A stretch of DNA of 64,000 bases from Macrostomum hystrix (GCA_950097015.1 CATNEN010000001.1:16554001-16618000), one strand, 5' to 3'. Shown: positions 48,479-63,400, numbered from the stretch's first letter. Translations and numbers: made by a program. Notes: generated by a model not told the origin, from the sequence alone.

Positions 48479-51400
48479 TGTGTAGAGAAAATGTCAAATC
48501 CCGTAATTTCAAATAAATATAGTCGTAAATTATTATTTCTAGGAGTATAAACTGACTTCGCTGTGAACATTATTCAATGAATTCAACAAAAAGTGTTAAT
48601 AGCATTTCAACGTTAGAGATAATCGAATTGTCTACGTGAGTAGACTGAAAAAATTCTCTCTTTCTCGTTTAATGAAATGCATTAACATAATAATATATTT
48701 GAGGATGCCTGCAATTCGCTTGACTGCTTACTATTGAGCTCTACTGATTGCATTTTCTGTCGTAAATATGTTTGCCTCGGCAAATAAATGACTATGTTTG
48801 TACATCAATAACTCCTAGCTATACATCAGAACCAGACCAGTCCTCTTTTAACATACCAATTTTCTTGTTAGACTACGATTTACGTCTCTAAGTATTATGA
48901 AAGACAGGGGAGTGTTCTGTTAGACAGGGGAGTGTTCTGTTAGACAGGGGAGTGTTCTGTTAGACAGGGGAGTGTTCTGTTAGATAGGGGAGTGTCCTGT
49001 TAGACAGGGGAGTGTCCTGTTAGACAGGGGAGTGTTCTGTTAGACAGGGGAGTGTCCTGTTAGATAGGGGAGTGTCCTGTTAGACAGGGGAGTGTTCTGT
49101 TAGACAGGGGAGTGTTCTGTTACACAGGGGAGTGTTCTGTTAGACAGGGGAGTGTTCTGTTAGATTGGGGAGTGTTCTGTTAGATTGGGCAGTGTTCTGT
49201 TAGACAGGGGAGTGTTCTGTTAGACAGGGCAGTGTTCTGTTAGACAGGGGAGTGTTCTGTTAGACAGGGGAGTGTTCTGTTAGACAGGGGAGTGTTCTGT
49301 TAGACAGGTGGTAGGATGTTACAAAGTTCTGCAGTTGTAGAGTCTGTCTAGGCTCTAGATTCGGGTCGCAACAGAGAATAGGACAGGGAATAAATATCCC
49401 TAACAAGCCCACGTCCTTTTCGAGATCTTCTTTATTGAGTTTTACTGATCTGGGAACGGGGAAAATAGGATCCCGCTCGCCACAACCTTCTGTCCCAAAT
49501 CCCCATCATTCCTCCCACCTTTATTTATGATCATTCCTTTCCGTGGCTTTCTATCACATTGTAGGCTTTGCATTCGAATTTGAAGCGAGTTTCTGAGATC
49601 AACTGTGTATACTCGTATTTAACTGACTAACTAACTAGATTGATAAACTGAGATCAGGTGCTGACTCTCTGATCCTCAGGCATTGTGGTTTGGGTCGTTG
49701 GCCTTCGATGGCTTCGAAGCACCCTGTGTCGCAAAATGAATGTGAAACTTTTCAGAGACAAAGATAACTGCTGCATGCCTGTCCTATCTTCGATGTTGGT
49801 TTTCGCAGATTCTAAAACTTACAATCAACCCACATGCTGCTCGAAAGCTCAACTAAAAATAGAAGCCCGGGTCTTTGCATAGCGACTCAAAGCCTGAGCA
49901 CAAGAGCAGCCAACATGAGTAGAGTCGCCCCTACTGACTGCTCTTTGACCTTTCTCTCCATCCCTTATGATACCCCCCCCGAGTCCCCACAGCTATAGCG
50001 GCTCTAGGGGATTATTCGCTTGAGTCCGCCCCGGGGATGAGACTGGGAAATGAGACTAACAACCGACAGCCCGATTTTCTTCCCCCCTTTCTCTCCCTCT
50101 CGAATTCCCCAGTCCTCTTTCCGCATGGATTTCTGCCCCGGCGTCTCTCAGATTTATCCTGACCAGTTTTTGTGCCTCTCAAGTGTCGCACAATGTCTGC
50201 CCAGTTCCCCCCCCCCACTGTAGCTATGGCGCCTCTCCTTCTCTATAGCTGCTGTTGTTCGCTCTGCAATCTCATTAACTCCAGGTGCTTTGCATGCGCA
50301 TATCCTATGGCCTGTTTATAGGGCCTGATCAATATATGAACCTTATAGTGATGCAGATCTGCAGTTGCATCTCTATTCTGCTTTCCGCTTGCTTTTTAAT
50401 TCATTGAGGGATCAAGCCTTTTTCTGACTTTATGCAGTTTTATATTGCGCAGCTGAGTGGATTGTAGTCTGCCAGATTACTCTCTTGGCGCTGGCTGTTC
50501 TCTGAACTTGCTCAAACACCGTCCTGTCTCCTGTCTCACTTATCTCCCTTTGTGAAATTATCCCCTCTCATCCCTCTACCAACCCCGCTCCCACCTCACG
50601 TCTCATCGCTCGCCTCTCCATTTCTCTCGATCTCCCCTTTTCCCTCTCACCTCTCATCTCTCCTCTCTCATCTCTTACCTCTCGTCTCTAAACTCTCACT
50701 TCTCTCTTCTCACCTCTCTTTTTCCTCTCCCCTTTCGTCTCCCCCTCTCTCCTCTCCCCTGTCCCCTCCTCGCTCTTCCCTCTCCTCTACCCGCTCTGCC
50801 CTCACTCAAGTCTCATCTCCCTCATCCTCTCTCATCTCTGATTGCTACCTTCTTACCTCTCCCCTCTCACCTCTCCCCTCTCACCTCTCCCCTCTCACCT
50901 CTCCCCTCTCACCTCTCCCCTCTCACCTCTCCCCTCTCTTCTCTTCTTTCAATACTTTCTGTCTTTAACAGTTGATCAACGTCTATGCGTCCCGTTCCCA
51001 GATTCATTTGGTCAGTGCAGCTATATTTAGCAGGGACACCTGCGGGTTATTACGTACCTGATTAATTTTTAACGAGAACTTCTATTCATGAGCAAGAATC
51101 CGTCGACAAATATTTTCTAGCTCTGTAATTTTATCCTCTCGGCAACTGCCATTATTGTAATTCCTGTATGCTCGACAGTAATTTATTTTTCTGTACCATG
51201 AATATATTTTGATACTTACGCGCTCGTACATTTTTCTGTTGCCAATAATTTTTTTGCCACTAATTTTCCTTTTTTTACAAAACCCGCCTTGGTTACAGCT
51301 TGACAACATGGACGAGCAAGCGGCTCAGGTTCGGAGAGAACTCGATGGCCGACTCACCTTGTACGAAGATATGGTCAAGGTGAGGAACAGTAGTTTATTC

Positions 51401-54400
51401 ACCCTATTCCACTAACACTAGTATATCTACCCTATTCTATCTACTCTATTCTATCTACCCTATTCTATCTACTTTATTATATCTACTCTATTCCATCTAC
51501 CCTATTCTATCTACCCTATTATATCTATCCTATTCTAACTTATTCTATCTACCATATTCTATCTAGCCTATTTTATCTACTCTATTCTATCTACCCTATT
51601 CTATCTACCCTTTTCTATCTACCCTATAATATCTACCCTATTATATCTACCCTATTATATCTACCCTATTCCATCTAACCAATTCTATCCACCCCATTCC
51701 ATCCACCCCATTCCATCCCCCCATTCCATCCACCCCATTCCATCCACCCCATTCCATCCACCCCATTCCATCCACTCATTCCATCCACCCCATTCCATCC
51801 ACTCATTCCATCCACCCCATTCCATCCACCCATTCCATCCACCCCATTCCATCCACCCCATTCCATCCACCCATTCCATCCACCCCATTCCATCCACCCA
51901 TTCCATCCACCCATTCCATCCACCCCATTCCATCCACCCATTCCATCCACCCCATTCCATCCACCCATTCCATCCACCCCATTCCATCCACCCCATTCCA
52001 TCCACCCCATTCCATCCACCCCATTCCATCCACCCATTCCATGCACCCCATTCCATCCACCCATTCCATCCACCCCATTCCATCCACCCATTGCATCCAC
52101 CCCATTCCATCCACCCATTCCATCCACCCCATTCCATCCACCCCATTCTATCCACCCATTCCATCCACCCCATTCTATCCACCCCATTCCATCCACCCCA
52201 TTCCATCCACCCCATTCCATCTGCCATTTCAGAACCGCAAGTTCCCCAAGTTCGTGGTGAAAGACATGGAGCCGCTCTACTACGAAGAGGTAAAATCCGC
52301 CATCAATTTGCTCATGACAAATTTGGAAAGCGTCCCTGTAACCAAGGGCAACCAGGACACCAAGCTGATCGGCCAGAAACCCAAAAAGCAGCAGAAAGGC
52401 AACAATTCGACTAGTCAGGGCGATGCGGATGTTGAAATGACCTTCTCTAGAAGCAGCATTCACCTGAATTTCTCCATTGAGGTAAGCCGAACAGGGCATG
52501 TGCGGGCATTTAGCTTGCTGGTTAGGTTATCGTTTATAATGGAAGTGTACTGTCTTTGGCAGTGAACATTCTGACTGCTTAAACTACTTTTCTATACTGC
52601 TAAAAGTACCCCTAAACTGAGCCTCTTTAAAAAGAAAAGAGAAAGACTTGGCTATAGGAAAGTTTGGGTGTGGCTTAAAATCATTCTTTTTCAGTCTATA
52701 GAATTAATTAGTCACTTTCCCCCCTAAGTAAAAAGCTTCCTCTATCCAATTCGCCTTTGCACTTTTACCTAGAAGCTGCGAGATTAAAGGGTAATTACCT
52801 AGCTAATCTGCTGGTAGATTGGAAGGTAATGACCTGGCTGAACTGCTGGTAGATTTAAGGGTAATGACCTGGTTGAACTGCTGGTAGATTTGAGGGTAAT
52901 GACCTGGCTGAACTGCTGGTAGATTTGAGGGTAATGACGTGGCTGAACTGCTGGTAGATTTGAGGGTAATGACCTGGCTAATCTGTTGGTAGATTTGAGG
53001 GTAATGACCTGGCTGAACTGCTGGTAGATTTGAGGGTAATGACCTGGCTAATCTGCTGGTAGATTTGAGGGTAATGACCTGGCTAATCTGCTGGTAGATT
53101 TGAGGGTAATGACCTGGCTAATCTGTTGGTAGATTTGAGGGTAATGACCTGGCTGAACTGCTGGTAGATTTGAGGGTAATGACCTGGCTAATCTGCTGGT
53201 AGATTTGAGGGTAATGACCTGGCTGAACTGCTGGTAGATTTGAGGGTAATGACCTGGCTGAACTGCTGGTAGATTTGAGGGTAATGACCTGGCTAATCTG
53301 TTGGTAGATTTGAGGGTAATGACCTGGCTGAACTGCTGGTAGATTTGAGGGTAATGACCTGGCTGAACTGCTGGTAGATTTGAGGGTAATGACCTGGCTA
53401 AACTGCTGGTAGATTTGAGGGTAATGACCTGGCTGAACTGCTGGTAGATTTGAGTGTAATGACCTGGCTAATCTGCTGGTAGATTTGAGGGTAATGACCT
53501 GGCTAAACTGCTGGTAGATTTGAGGGTAATGATCACGCTAGGGTAATAGATTGGAAAATGTAGTAACAAGTAATAAAATAGGATTGGTAAACTAGCAGGT
53601 TAATAGTGCAGTTAGTGTGAAACGTGTTTGTAAAATATGCAAATGAAATAGCGACCAGTTTAGTAGATGCAAATCAAATATTTGGGCTGTTATTACGACT
53701 CGTAAAATGGGGTTGAAATTTCATTTCGTTCCCAATAAACCGATCCCTAGAGACGAATTATTGCGGCAACATCTGCATCGCGTGTTTGACTAAGAGATGT
53801 GACGATAAAATTTAAAATAAATTTTCGTGCTGAAACGCTCTTGAAATAGTGAATAATTGAGGTTGTAGACTCCAACGATCATTGTTTCTTTACTTTTTTC
53901 TCTAATAATGGGAAATCGAAAGCATTCTTAATATTACTATTTATGCTGAGTAAAGAACTTATCTATATTTTCTGATTTAACATTAAGAAGACCTGTAAAA
54001 CAAAAACAGTTAAGACTGTTAGACTGAGAAACCAGTTAGACAGCAGGAAATCCTGTTAGACATTTGGGATACCTGTTAGACAGTTGGGAACCTGTTAGAC
54101 AGCAGGAAATACTGTTAGACAGTTGTGAAGCCTGTTAGACAGTTGGGAAGCCTGTTAGACAGTTGGGAAACCTGTTAGACAGTTGGGAAACCTGTTAGAC
54201 AGTTGGGAAACCTGTTAGACAGTTTGGAAACCTGTTAGACAGTTGGGAAGCCTGTTAGACAGCAGGATATCCTATTAGACAGTTGGGAAACCTGTTAGAC
54301 ACTTGGTAAACCTGTTAGACAGTTGAGAATCCTGTTAAACAGTTGGTAAACATTTTAGACAGTTGAGAAACCTGTTAGACAGTTCGGAAACCTGTTAGAC

Positions 54401-57400
54401 AGTTCGGAAACCTGTTAGACAGTTCGGAAACCTGTTAGATAGTTGGGATACCTGTTGGACAGTTGGGATACATTTCAGACAGTAGGAAACCTGTTAGACA
54501 TTCGGAAAGCGTGTTAGACAGCATGGAAACCTGTTAGACAGCATGGAAACCTGTTAGACAGTTGGGAGAAATATCTACTATCTTTATTGACAGTAGGGAG
54601 AAGCGATCTTTAGTATTGAAACCAGTTTTACAAAGAATGTAAACTTGTTAGATACAATGTAAACCTGGAAGACAAAAGGGAAAACGTTTGTAGTAATTAA
54701 AGTTGTTAAATGGGCAACCTTTTACTTGGACAAATAGTTTTTCCTCTTCGCCCCGCCTCCCAGGTTGTGGTCTCGGAGGTGAAGAACTTGAAGTGCGTAC
54801 CTGGCAACCGCATAGTCTACTGCACCATGGAGGTGGAGGGCGGTGAGAAGCTGCAAACTGATCAAGCTGAAGCCTCGCGTCCAATGTGGGACACGCAGGG
54901 AGATTTCTCCACCTCGCACCCGCTGCCCATTGTTAAAGTGAAGCTGTTCGCCGAGAACGCCAGGATGCTCAGCTTTGAAGATCGCGAACTGGGAAAGGTG
55001 AGTTCGGATGCTACTGATAGTACCGGCTGTGTCACCTGTTAGAAGTCTTTGGCACCTTGTAGAGTCAATTTCACCTGGTAGACAGTCTTTATGACCTGTT
55101 AGACAGGCTTTGACACCTGTTAGACAGGATTTGACACCTGTAAGACAGGATTTGACACCTGTTAGATTGTATTCATCACCTGTTAGACAGGCTTTGACAC
55201 ATCTTAGACAGTCTTCATCACCTGTTTGACAGGCTTTGACACCTGTTAGATAGTCTTCATCATCTGTTTGACAGGCTTTGACACCTGTTATATAGGCTGT
55301 CACCTGTTAGACAGGTTTTGTCACCTGTAAACAGTGTTTGCTAGACAAATCTGTTTAATTGACTAGACATTATAAAACTGTACTCACAGGTGCTAATCAG
55401 ACCCACCTGCACGACAGCAAAAGGCCCGGACTGGTACCGGATGACCACCAGCAAAGGCTGTGCTGACGATTTGCGCATAAAAATTCTTGTCCGAATGGAG
55501 AAGCCATCCAATTTGAAGCACTGCGGCTTCCTGTGGACCGTGGGGAAATCGGTGTTTAAGAAGTGGAAGAAGCGCTACATGTGCCTAATCCAGGTGAGTT
55601 CAATGCGACCTTTTTTTTGCCTGTGTCTTCTGTGGTAATTAAAGTCTGTCTTTAGTCGCCTACTCATGTGTACAGGGTTTGCTTTGACTTTGTGTCGAAA
55701 AATTCTTCCCAGTTTTGTTATTCTACTCGGAGTACAATGTTCGGAAAATGAACTACTCTACTTTTGAGTCCATCAAACTCCCGCACCAAGGTCCCTGAGC
55801 TCGATTCCGCAATTTGGGGCGCAGCCGCGTAGAGAAGGCTTGAGTGCCGATCCCCAAGGCAAAGTACAATGTCTGACGATGAGAAAGTCAGGGCAGTTCT
55901 ACACACCTGTGTGAGCGCTAGCTCAGCGTCAGTGAAATAAGCGAAGTTCGGGTCTAATGTTATAAAATAATTTGTGAGTTCCTACGGGCAATCTTGAAAT
56001 ACATAAATGAGATGGCATCAAACAGTCGGGTCGGATAACAAACAACCGTTTAAGAGCATAAGTTGTTGGATGATTGCGAGATAAGAAAATAAGTTATAGC
56101 TAATTATCTTAATTAGCAATTAGCAGAGCAACTCAAAATGGACACGATAAGGTAATTGCCTTGGGGCTGTGGCGGTGGCGGCACAATTAAAGGCCGAACA
56201 AAGGACGCCGCCCCTGAAGTTGAATTTTACAACCTGACACATTTTTCTAATCAATAGAGGATTGTATAGGAAACAGATTGCAGAAAGTTTAATTTCAATA
56301 AACTGTGTGCATTATTTGCCTTGACTAGCTATGAAAAAAAATTACATTAGTTACAGCAATTGCGCAGCGCGTCCGAAGGCTGTGTACAGCTGTTCAGTCC
56401 ATAGACTGGAGAGCCGCCAAACTTACCCTAATTTCTACTACCCATTTCACAGCTGGGTGAAGTCATAAGGCATAAATTTCCGACCTTTTGGTCAAGATTA
56501 GAGCTCTTAACCTCTTAGTTAAAACTCACGGAACCAAGTACTCCTCAAGTTTACAAAAAGTCTTTGTAATAGGAACTTTTACCTTCTTCGCCAATAAAAA
56601 TAATAATTGTATCAATTTCGACAGAATAATTAGCGCATTGCACAGACTGGCTGGCAGCTCGGTGAGATAAAAAATTTGTAGAGTTTCATTCGCAATCCAG
56701 TTTGTTCATGACAAACTGAGAGAATTTTAATTCTCTAATCTTATTTATTTCTTCATTTTGCTTTCCTCCAAATTTAGATGGCATTTTTTCATTACATTGC
56801 ACTTTCAGTAGTACGCAATGAAAACGATTATTTTTTCTAACAAAAAAGTATTTGAAATTACTTAGCAAATATTTATGAACACTCAACTTAGGGCCGGTCA
56901 GTGCATTGGCTCTCACAGACTCGCCGTGCATGCAGTATCTTGAGTTACATTTTCCAATCACCCAACTGAAATTGTAGTTATGCACGAATGCAATAAACTT
57001 CTGCTTTACTATATTAAGTACTCAAGCTTGATATTCAATGACGTGTCTCATTGGAGTCAACTGAAGTTCGAAGTTAAAAGTACAGAAGCATGTAAAGTCA
57101 CTATTTATTATCAAGTTATGAATGTCCGACGACCACAAGATATTCGACTTAAATTTAATGTATTACACCCTACATGTATGCATTACGCAAGTTAATAAAA
57201 AAATTATTACAAACGTTTTGTTATATTCTTGTCTGCAAGTTTTGAATTACATTTAATCATTGCATTTCTAGTATATGGCTCCAGCACGTTCACCAAGTGA
57301 AAAAAAGGTTAGAGATTTGGAGTTTTACAGACAGAATTGAAACTTGTTAGACAGAATTAAAATCTGTTAGACAGTAGGAAAACGTGTTAGACGGTATGGA

Positions 57401-60400
57401 AACCTGTTAGATAGTATGGAAGCCTGTTAGATAGTAGGGAAGCCTGTTAGATAGTAGGGAAACCTGTTAGACAGAAGAGAGACCTGTTAGATAGTAGGGA
57501 AGCCTGTTAGACAGTAGGGAAACCTGTTAGACAGAAGAGAGACCTGTTAGACAGAATTAAAGCCTGTTAGACAGTACGGAAACCTGTTAGACAGAATCTG
57601 CAAGACAGCAGGGAACCATCATGTTATGTTATTTTTGCTCGAATTTTTTAAACTTAAACTTTAGTTCCAGGCTGTTGAAGGACCAAAAATGACTAACACA
57701 GGTAAGCCGCGCTCTGTAACAAATTGGCAGGTGAGCCAGTACAACTTTGTGATGGCGTCGTTTCGCGAAAAGAAATCGGAGCCGATGGAGGTGATGTCCC
57801 TCGGTGACTACACCGTTGACTATCTCATCGAGACTCCGCCAGAGCTACTGAACGAAGTGACCACCGGCAAGTACTGCTTCTTCAATACGGTTCGAGAGGG
57901 TGACTGCGTCACCTACGCAGCCGAGGATGACACGGAGCGCCAGCTGTGGGTGCAGGCCATCTACCGGGCCACCGGCCAGACGCACAAGCCGGTGCCGCCG
58001 TCTCAGCCGGCAGCTCAGAGGATCTCCAGCACCCAGATGCACAAGATGGCTGGCGAGGCTGACAAAGCTAAGCGCGCAGGCCTAGAGGAGTTCTTGCACG
58101 CCGATCCTTGCCTGTGCGACCACGTGGCCCTGTTCCGTCGCCTGCAGGTGCTAACACTGGATTATCGGCTGAATGATCCCTACACCAGTCTGGGCTGGTT
58201 TAGCCCCGGCCAGGTGTTTGTCCTGGACGAATATTGCGCAAGATACGGCGTCAGGGGCTGTCAGAGGCACGTGTTCTACATGGAGGACCTGCTGAACGCG
58301 GCGGACAAAGGCTTCATGATTGATCCGACCCTCATTCATTATAGCTTCGCGTTCTGCGCATCGCATGTGCACGGCAATCGGTGCGAGCTGATTTTCGATT
58401 CTGTTACCTTTTGTGTACTATGAGTAGCTAGATTCGAATTTTTTAGTATTTTTTAAGACCATAAGCAATGCGTCGATATAAAAAATAAAATAACCAAACA
58501 AATTTTTGTTTATCCAGAACCATAATTTGCAAGTGAAAAGTAAACTTTCGTAAAAAATTCATAAGCCGATATGTATCGAAAAAATAATGAATTTCATGAA
58601 AAAAATTAGGCGAGAAAGTATATCCGCCACAGAAATCGAGAGGTTACTGTGGTGGATAGCCCTAAGAGCCCTCATATTCCTGATTTGTATAAAAACTTTC
58701 TCCTAAACTTTCAGACCAGATGGCATTGGAACAGTGCTCTACGACGAGAGAATCCGCTTCGAAGACGTCAAGAAGCGCCTGAAAGAGCTGCTAATGCGCC
58801 AGATCACCGAGTTCAGATATTACTTTCCGTTCGGACGACCCGAGGGCGCGCTAAAAGGCACCCTGTCCCTACTTGAAAGGGTTCGCACCTGATTGCCGAT
58901 ATGTTTCGAAAAAATAAATTTCACCAACTTCGAGCGCAATAACAGCGAAAAGACCAGGCTATCCCCCCAATGGATAAGACCCACTGCCGCCTACTTCACT
59001 CTACCTTCCAAACCGAATGACCGATTTTCGTGAAAGTCCACCATCTAAAATTTGCTTATTGTTAAATTTGCTGCACACTACTTTCCAGGTACTGATGAAG
59101 GACATTGTCACGCCGGTTGACGCAGACGAGGTGCGGAAGGTGGTGCGCAGCTGCCTGGAGGAAGCGGCCAGGCTCAACTACAGCCGCATCGCCGAGTTTT
59201 CCAACATCGAAGGTGCGGCCTGCCTGCGTATTGAAATTCTCACTAGCCGTAGCATAATTATATTTTCCTACTAGCCATCGTTTGCTGAACCTTGTTTTAT
59301 AACCAGTTGACCGAGAACTTCTAGGAGTAGAAGGACGAGAAAATCTGTTTCTTCGAAAAAGTTTAGGAGGCCGGTTTTGGCTCAGATGTGCAGCCGACAG
59401 CACAGCCGCAGCTATTGCGCGGCGCATCTGAAAGCTGCGTACATGGCTGTTCAGTCCATGGACTGGGGGACGCCACACCCACCCTTAATTACCCAGCTGA
59501 TGCTGGTACCCATTGAACAGCTGGATGAACCTGAATGCAATATTGACCTAAGTGCCTTGCTTAGGTTAGGCAATCGAACCTCCACCCTCAAGTCGTGTGT
59601 CCTGACGCTCTAAGCACTTTTCAGCAGAAACCGGCCTTCTAAACTTTTTCTAAAGCGTATTTTCGGCTCATAGTAGTCCTTGCATTACACGTATTTTTGC
59701 TACTAGAAGATAAATCCCGATCTCCCATATCTGATCGCATTCGCGCAGAACCAGAAGAGTGCAACTGTATTAAGACGCAGCAAAGAACACTAAAGGAGCT
59801 GTTTTTGATTAATCCGACAAATTTTCCTGACGGTATCACAGTTTCAAATGTTATAGATATTTTTCATGCGTTTGCAGTGAATTTTGGTTCCCAGTCTTGT
59901 CTCACCAGTACGCTGTCACGATGAAAGGTTGAGTGCAGTTTTTTTCAATCTGTTACTGTTTGCTGTCTTTGTGAAGATTTGTATTTTTTTATAATAATAC
60001 TTGTTATAATTAATAATATATGCTGAATGGCTGCAGGATAATGATTCATCATTTGGTGACAGTAGACCCGCAGCCAGCGTGTAGGCAATTCGGCACATTA
60101 CGAGTACACTGACTCTTGAGCATACACTCACACACACACAGGTTTGAACATATGCTCTGACTTTCTCATTGTGTCAGATTGTGTAGGAGTTCTACAGTGT
60201 CGAGGTTGGGTGCTAAGACCTTATGCATTGATTTCGTGTTCTATTTATTAGATATTTTATTTGTGAGAGGAATCGAACACAGGACCTCCTCAGCGAGAGT
60301 CGGACACGTTACCGCTCTGCTACCTAGCTCGCCGGGATTTCAAGTTCCCAATGTTACATATATACTTTTATGTATAACTGGCGTTTCAAATCACTCATTA

Positions 60401-63400
60401 TTCAATTTTTCACGTCTCAGAAATCGTCCAATCAGATCATCCTACTGAGAAGAAATTGGAGAGCATCGTTCACCTCGCCGAGATGTGCATAGAGGTGCTC
60501 CAGCAGAATGAAGAGCATCATTCTGAGGTGAGTCCGACACACGCAAGCACACAGCACTTGTTCTAATGCATGCCTCATTTCTAGATATTCATGTCTGCCC
60601 TGGCTCTAATATATTATTCGCTCAATTTTAGGAATGCAGGGAGGTAAATGTGACGCCATTTTATTCTAAAATATGAGAATAAACAAACTATTTGTTAATC
60701 GGCGCACAGTCTTAGCAAAATCTCTAAAAACTAACCAATTCTGCTCTAATCAGTTTAGTTTTTTCATCAAATTGCATATCGTTTTCCTTCTTTTTAGTTT
60801 TTTTAAATAGCCATTTTCTTAACTATTTGTACATATTTATGTGTACGCGATTGCATGCGGACATTGTGACACGGAGTTCGAGTACACACGGCAGCCTCTG
60901 CTATTGGCTGCGGTGCATGCATTCTGATTATGTCATCTTAACATTTTCTAGTCTGTATGTCTGTTCTAGGTGTCTGTATGTCTGTTCTAGGTGTCTGTAT
61001 GTCTGTTCTAGGTGTCTGTATGTCTGTTCTAGGAGTCTGTATGTCTGTTCTAGGAGTCTGTATGTCTGTTCTAGGTGTCTGTATGTCTGTTCTAGGTGTC
61101 TGTATGTCTGTTCTAGGAGTCTGTATGTCTGTTCTAGGAGTCTGTATGTCTGTTCTAGGAGTCTGTATGTCTGTTCTAGGTGTCTGTATGTCTGTTCTAG
61201 GTGTCTGTATGTCTGTTCTAGGTGTCTGTATGTCTGTTCTAGGTGTCTGTATGTCTGTTCTAGGAGTCTGTATGTCTGTTCTAGGAGTCTGTATGTCTGT
61301 TCTAGGTGTCTGTATGTCTGTTCTAGGTGTCTGTATGTCTGTTCTAGGTGTCTGTATGTCTGTTCTAGGTGTCTGTATGTCTGTTCTAGGAGTCTGTATG
61401 TCTGTTCTAGGTGTCTGTATGTCTGTTCTAGGTGTCTGTATGTCTGTTCTAGGTGTCTGTATGTCTGTTCTAGGTGTCTGTATGTCTGTTCTAGGTGTCT
61501 GTATGTCTGTTCTAGGTGTCTGTATGTCTGTTCTAGGTGTCTGTATGTCTGTTCTAGGTGTTTGTATGTCTGTTCTAGGTGTCTGTATGTCTGTTCTAGG
61601 TGTCTGTATGTCTGTTCTAGGTGTCTGTATGTCTGTTCTAGGAGTCTGTATGTCTGTTCTAGGTGTCTGTATGTCTGTTCTAGGTGTCTGTATGTCTGTT
61701 CTAGGTGTCTGTATGTCTGTTCTAGGTGTCTGTATGTCTGTTCTAGGTGTCTGTATGTCTGTTCTAGGTGTCTGTATGTCTGTTCTAGGTGTCTGTATGT
61801 CTGTTCTAGGTGTCTGTATGTCTGTTCTAGGTGTTTGTATGTCTGTTCTAGGTGTCTGTATGTCTGTTCTAGGTGTCTGTATGTCTGTTCTAGGTGTCTG
61901 CATGTCTGATCTAGGAGTCTGTATGTCTGTTCTAGGTGTCTGTATGTCTGTTCTAGGTGTCTGTATGTCTGTTCTATGTGTTTGTATGTCTGATCTAGGA
62001 GTCTGTATGTCTGTTCTGTGTCTGTATGTCTGTTCTAGGTGTCTGTATGTCTGTTCTAGGTGTCTGTATGTCTGTTCTAGGTGTCTGTATGTCTGATCTA
62101 GGAGTCTGTATGTCTCTTCTTGGTGTCTGTATGTCTGTTCTAGGTGTCTGTATGTCTGTTCTAGGTGTCTGTATGTCTGATCTAGGAGTCTGTATGTCTG
62201 TTCTAGGTGTCTGTATGTCTCTTCTTGGTGTCTGTATGTCTGTTCTAGGTGTCTGTATGTCTGTTCTAGGTGTCTGTATGTCTGTTCTAGGTGTCTGTAT
62301 GTCTGTTCTAGGTGTCTGTATGTCTAAAACATAATCTAAAGCAGGTGCTGAAAAATCTGTGCATTATTTACTGCTCATTTCACGTTTTACCGCGCTCCGC
62401 AAACGCGCTCTCGCATCACACTACTCACTTGAACTGCGCCAGTAATAAGGAATGATCACCGTTATATTTTCTAAACTGCTTTTCTTATTTCTCAGTAGGA
62501 CATTGTTTTAAATATTTTTTCACTACTTCAAAGATTTTTGGAATATTCTGAACACTCTACTAATAGTAATTAGCGTTTGGCCGTCGCATGCCCTAATGTG
62601 CAGCGTTGCAAAAACATAAGAAACTCGTTTCTACTAGCACAAGTTGTTTTCTTATTAAATTTCTTTCAAAACACAAAAATATTTTTACTACTGAATTGTT
62701 TAACTTAATATCTGTGTGACCCAATCAGTTTGAAGCTAAAGTATGTATTCAAGCAGTTATAACGGACAGTTTCAAAAAATCCAAATTTGTATTCAGATCG
62801 TCCTCATCACAAATTTCTATTTGTCTTTATATAGGCCTTCGCCTGGTTCTCCGACCTGCTAGTTGAGCACGCCGAGATTTTCTGGTCCAAATTCGCCGTG
62901 GACATGCTGACGGTGCTGGAGAACCAGCCGCCAGATGTTTGGGACTCGTTTCCGCTGTTCCAGCTGCTCAACGACTATTTGAGATCTGACGGTGAGCAGG
63001 TGTTTGAGTGTGCTCAAACTTCTAGTGGGCGTGTCGGCCTCGCCAGTCCATGGACAGAATAGCTGTACAAAAAAATAGCTGCGACTTTGCCACTGGCCGT
63101 GCATGTGGCCCAACTGGGCTAGCTGTTCATATCTATTTTTATTATCTATATAGGTGTGCTTCACAATTTCTTCTCCTCGACTCCACTACACTCCACTCCA
63201 CTCCACTCCACTCCATTCCACTCCAATCCACTCCACTCCCCTCCACTCTACTCCACTTCAATTCACTCCACTCTAATCAACTCCATTCCTCTCCACTCCT
63301 CTCCACTCCACTCCTCTCCACTCCACTTCACTTCACTCCACTTCACTTCACTCCACTTCACTCCACTCCACTCTTATCTACTCTACCCCACTCCACTCCA

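Noticed and set aside
46455-50950. Possible pairing of the purine tract with the downstream pyrimidine tract in CADPS intron 2
   Set aside because: The units are not reverse complements; complementarity is only compositional.
51675-52499. Trp/Gly-rich minus-strand ORFs
   Set aside because: Antisense translations of the (ccattccatccaccc)n array and a CADPS exon.
60255-60330. tRNA gene suggested by A/B boxes on the minus strand (also 6240-6310 and 9290-9350)
   Set aside because: No convincing cloverleaf; these match SINE heads.
60827-62334. ORFs of 320-380 aa on both strands
   Set aside because: Translations of a 21-bp repeat within a CADPS intron.
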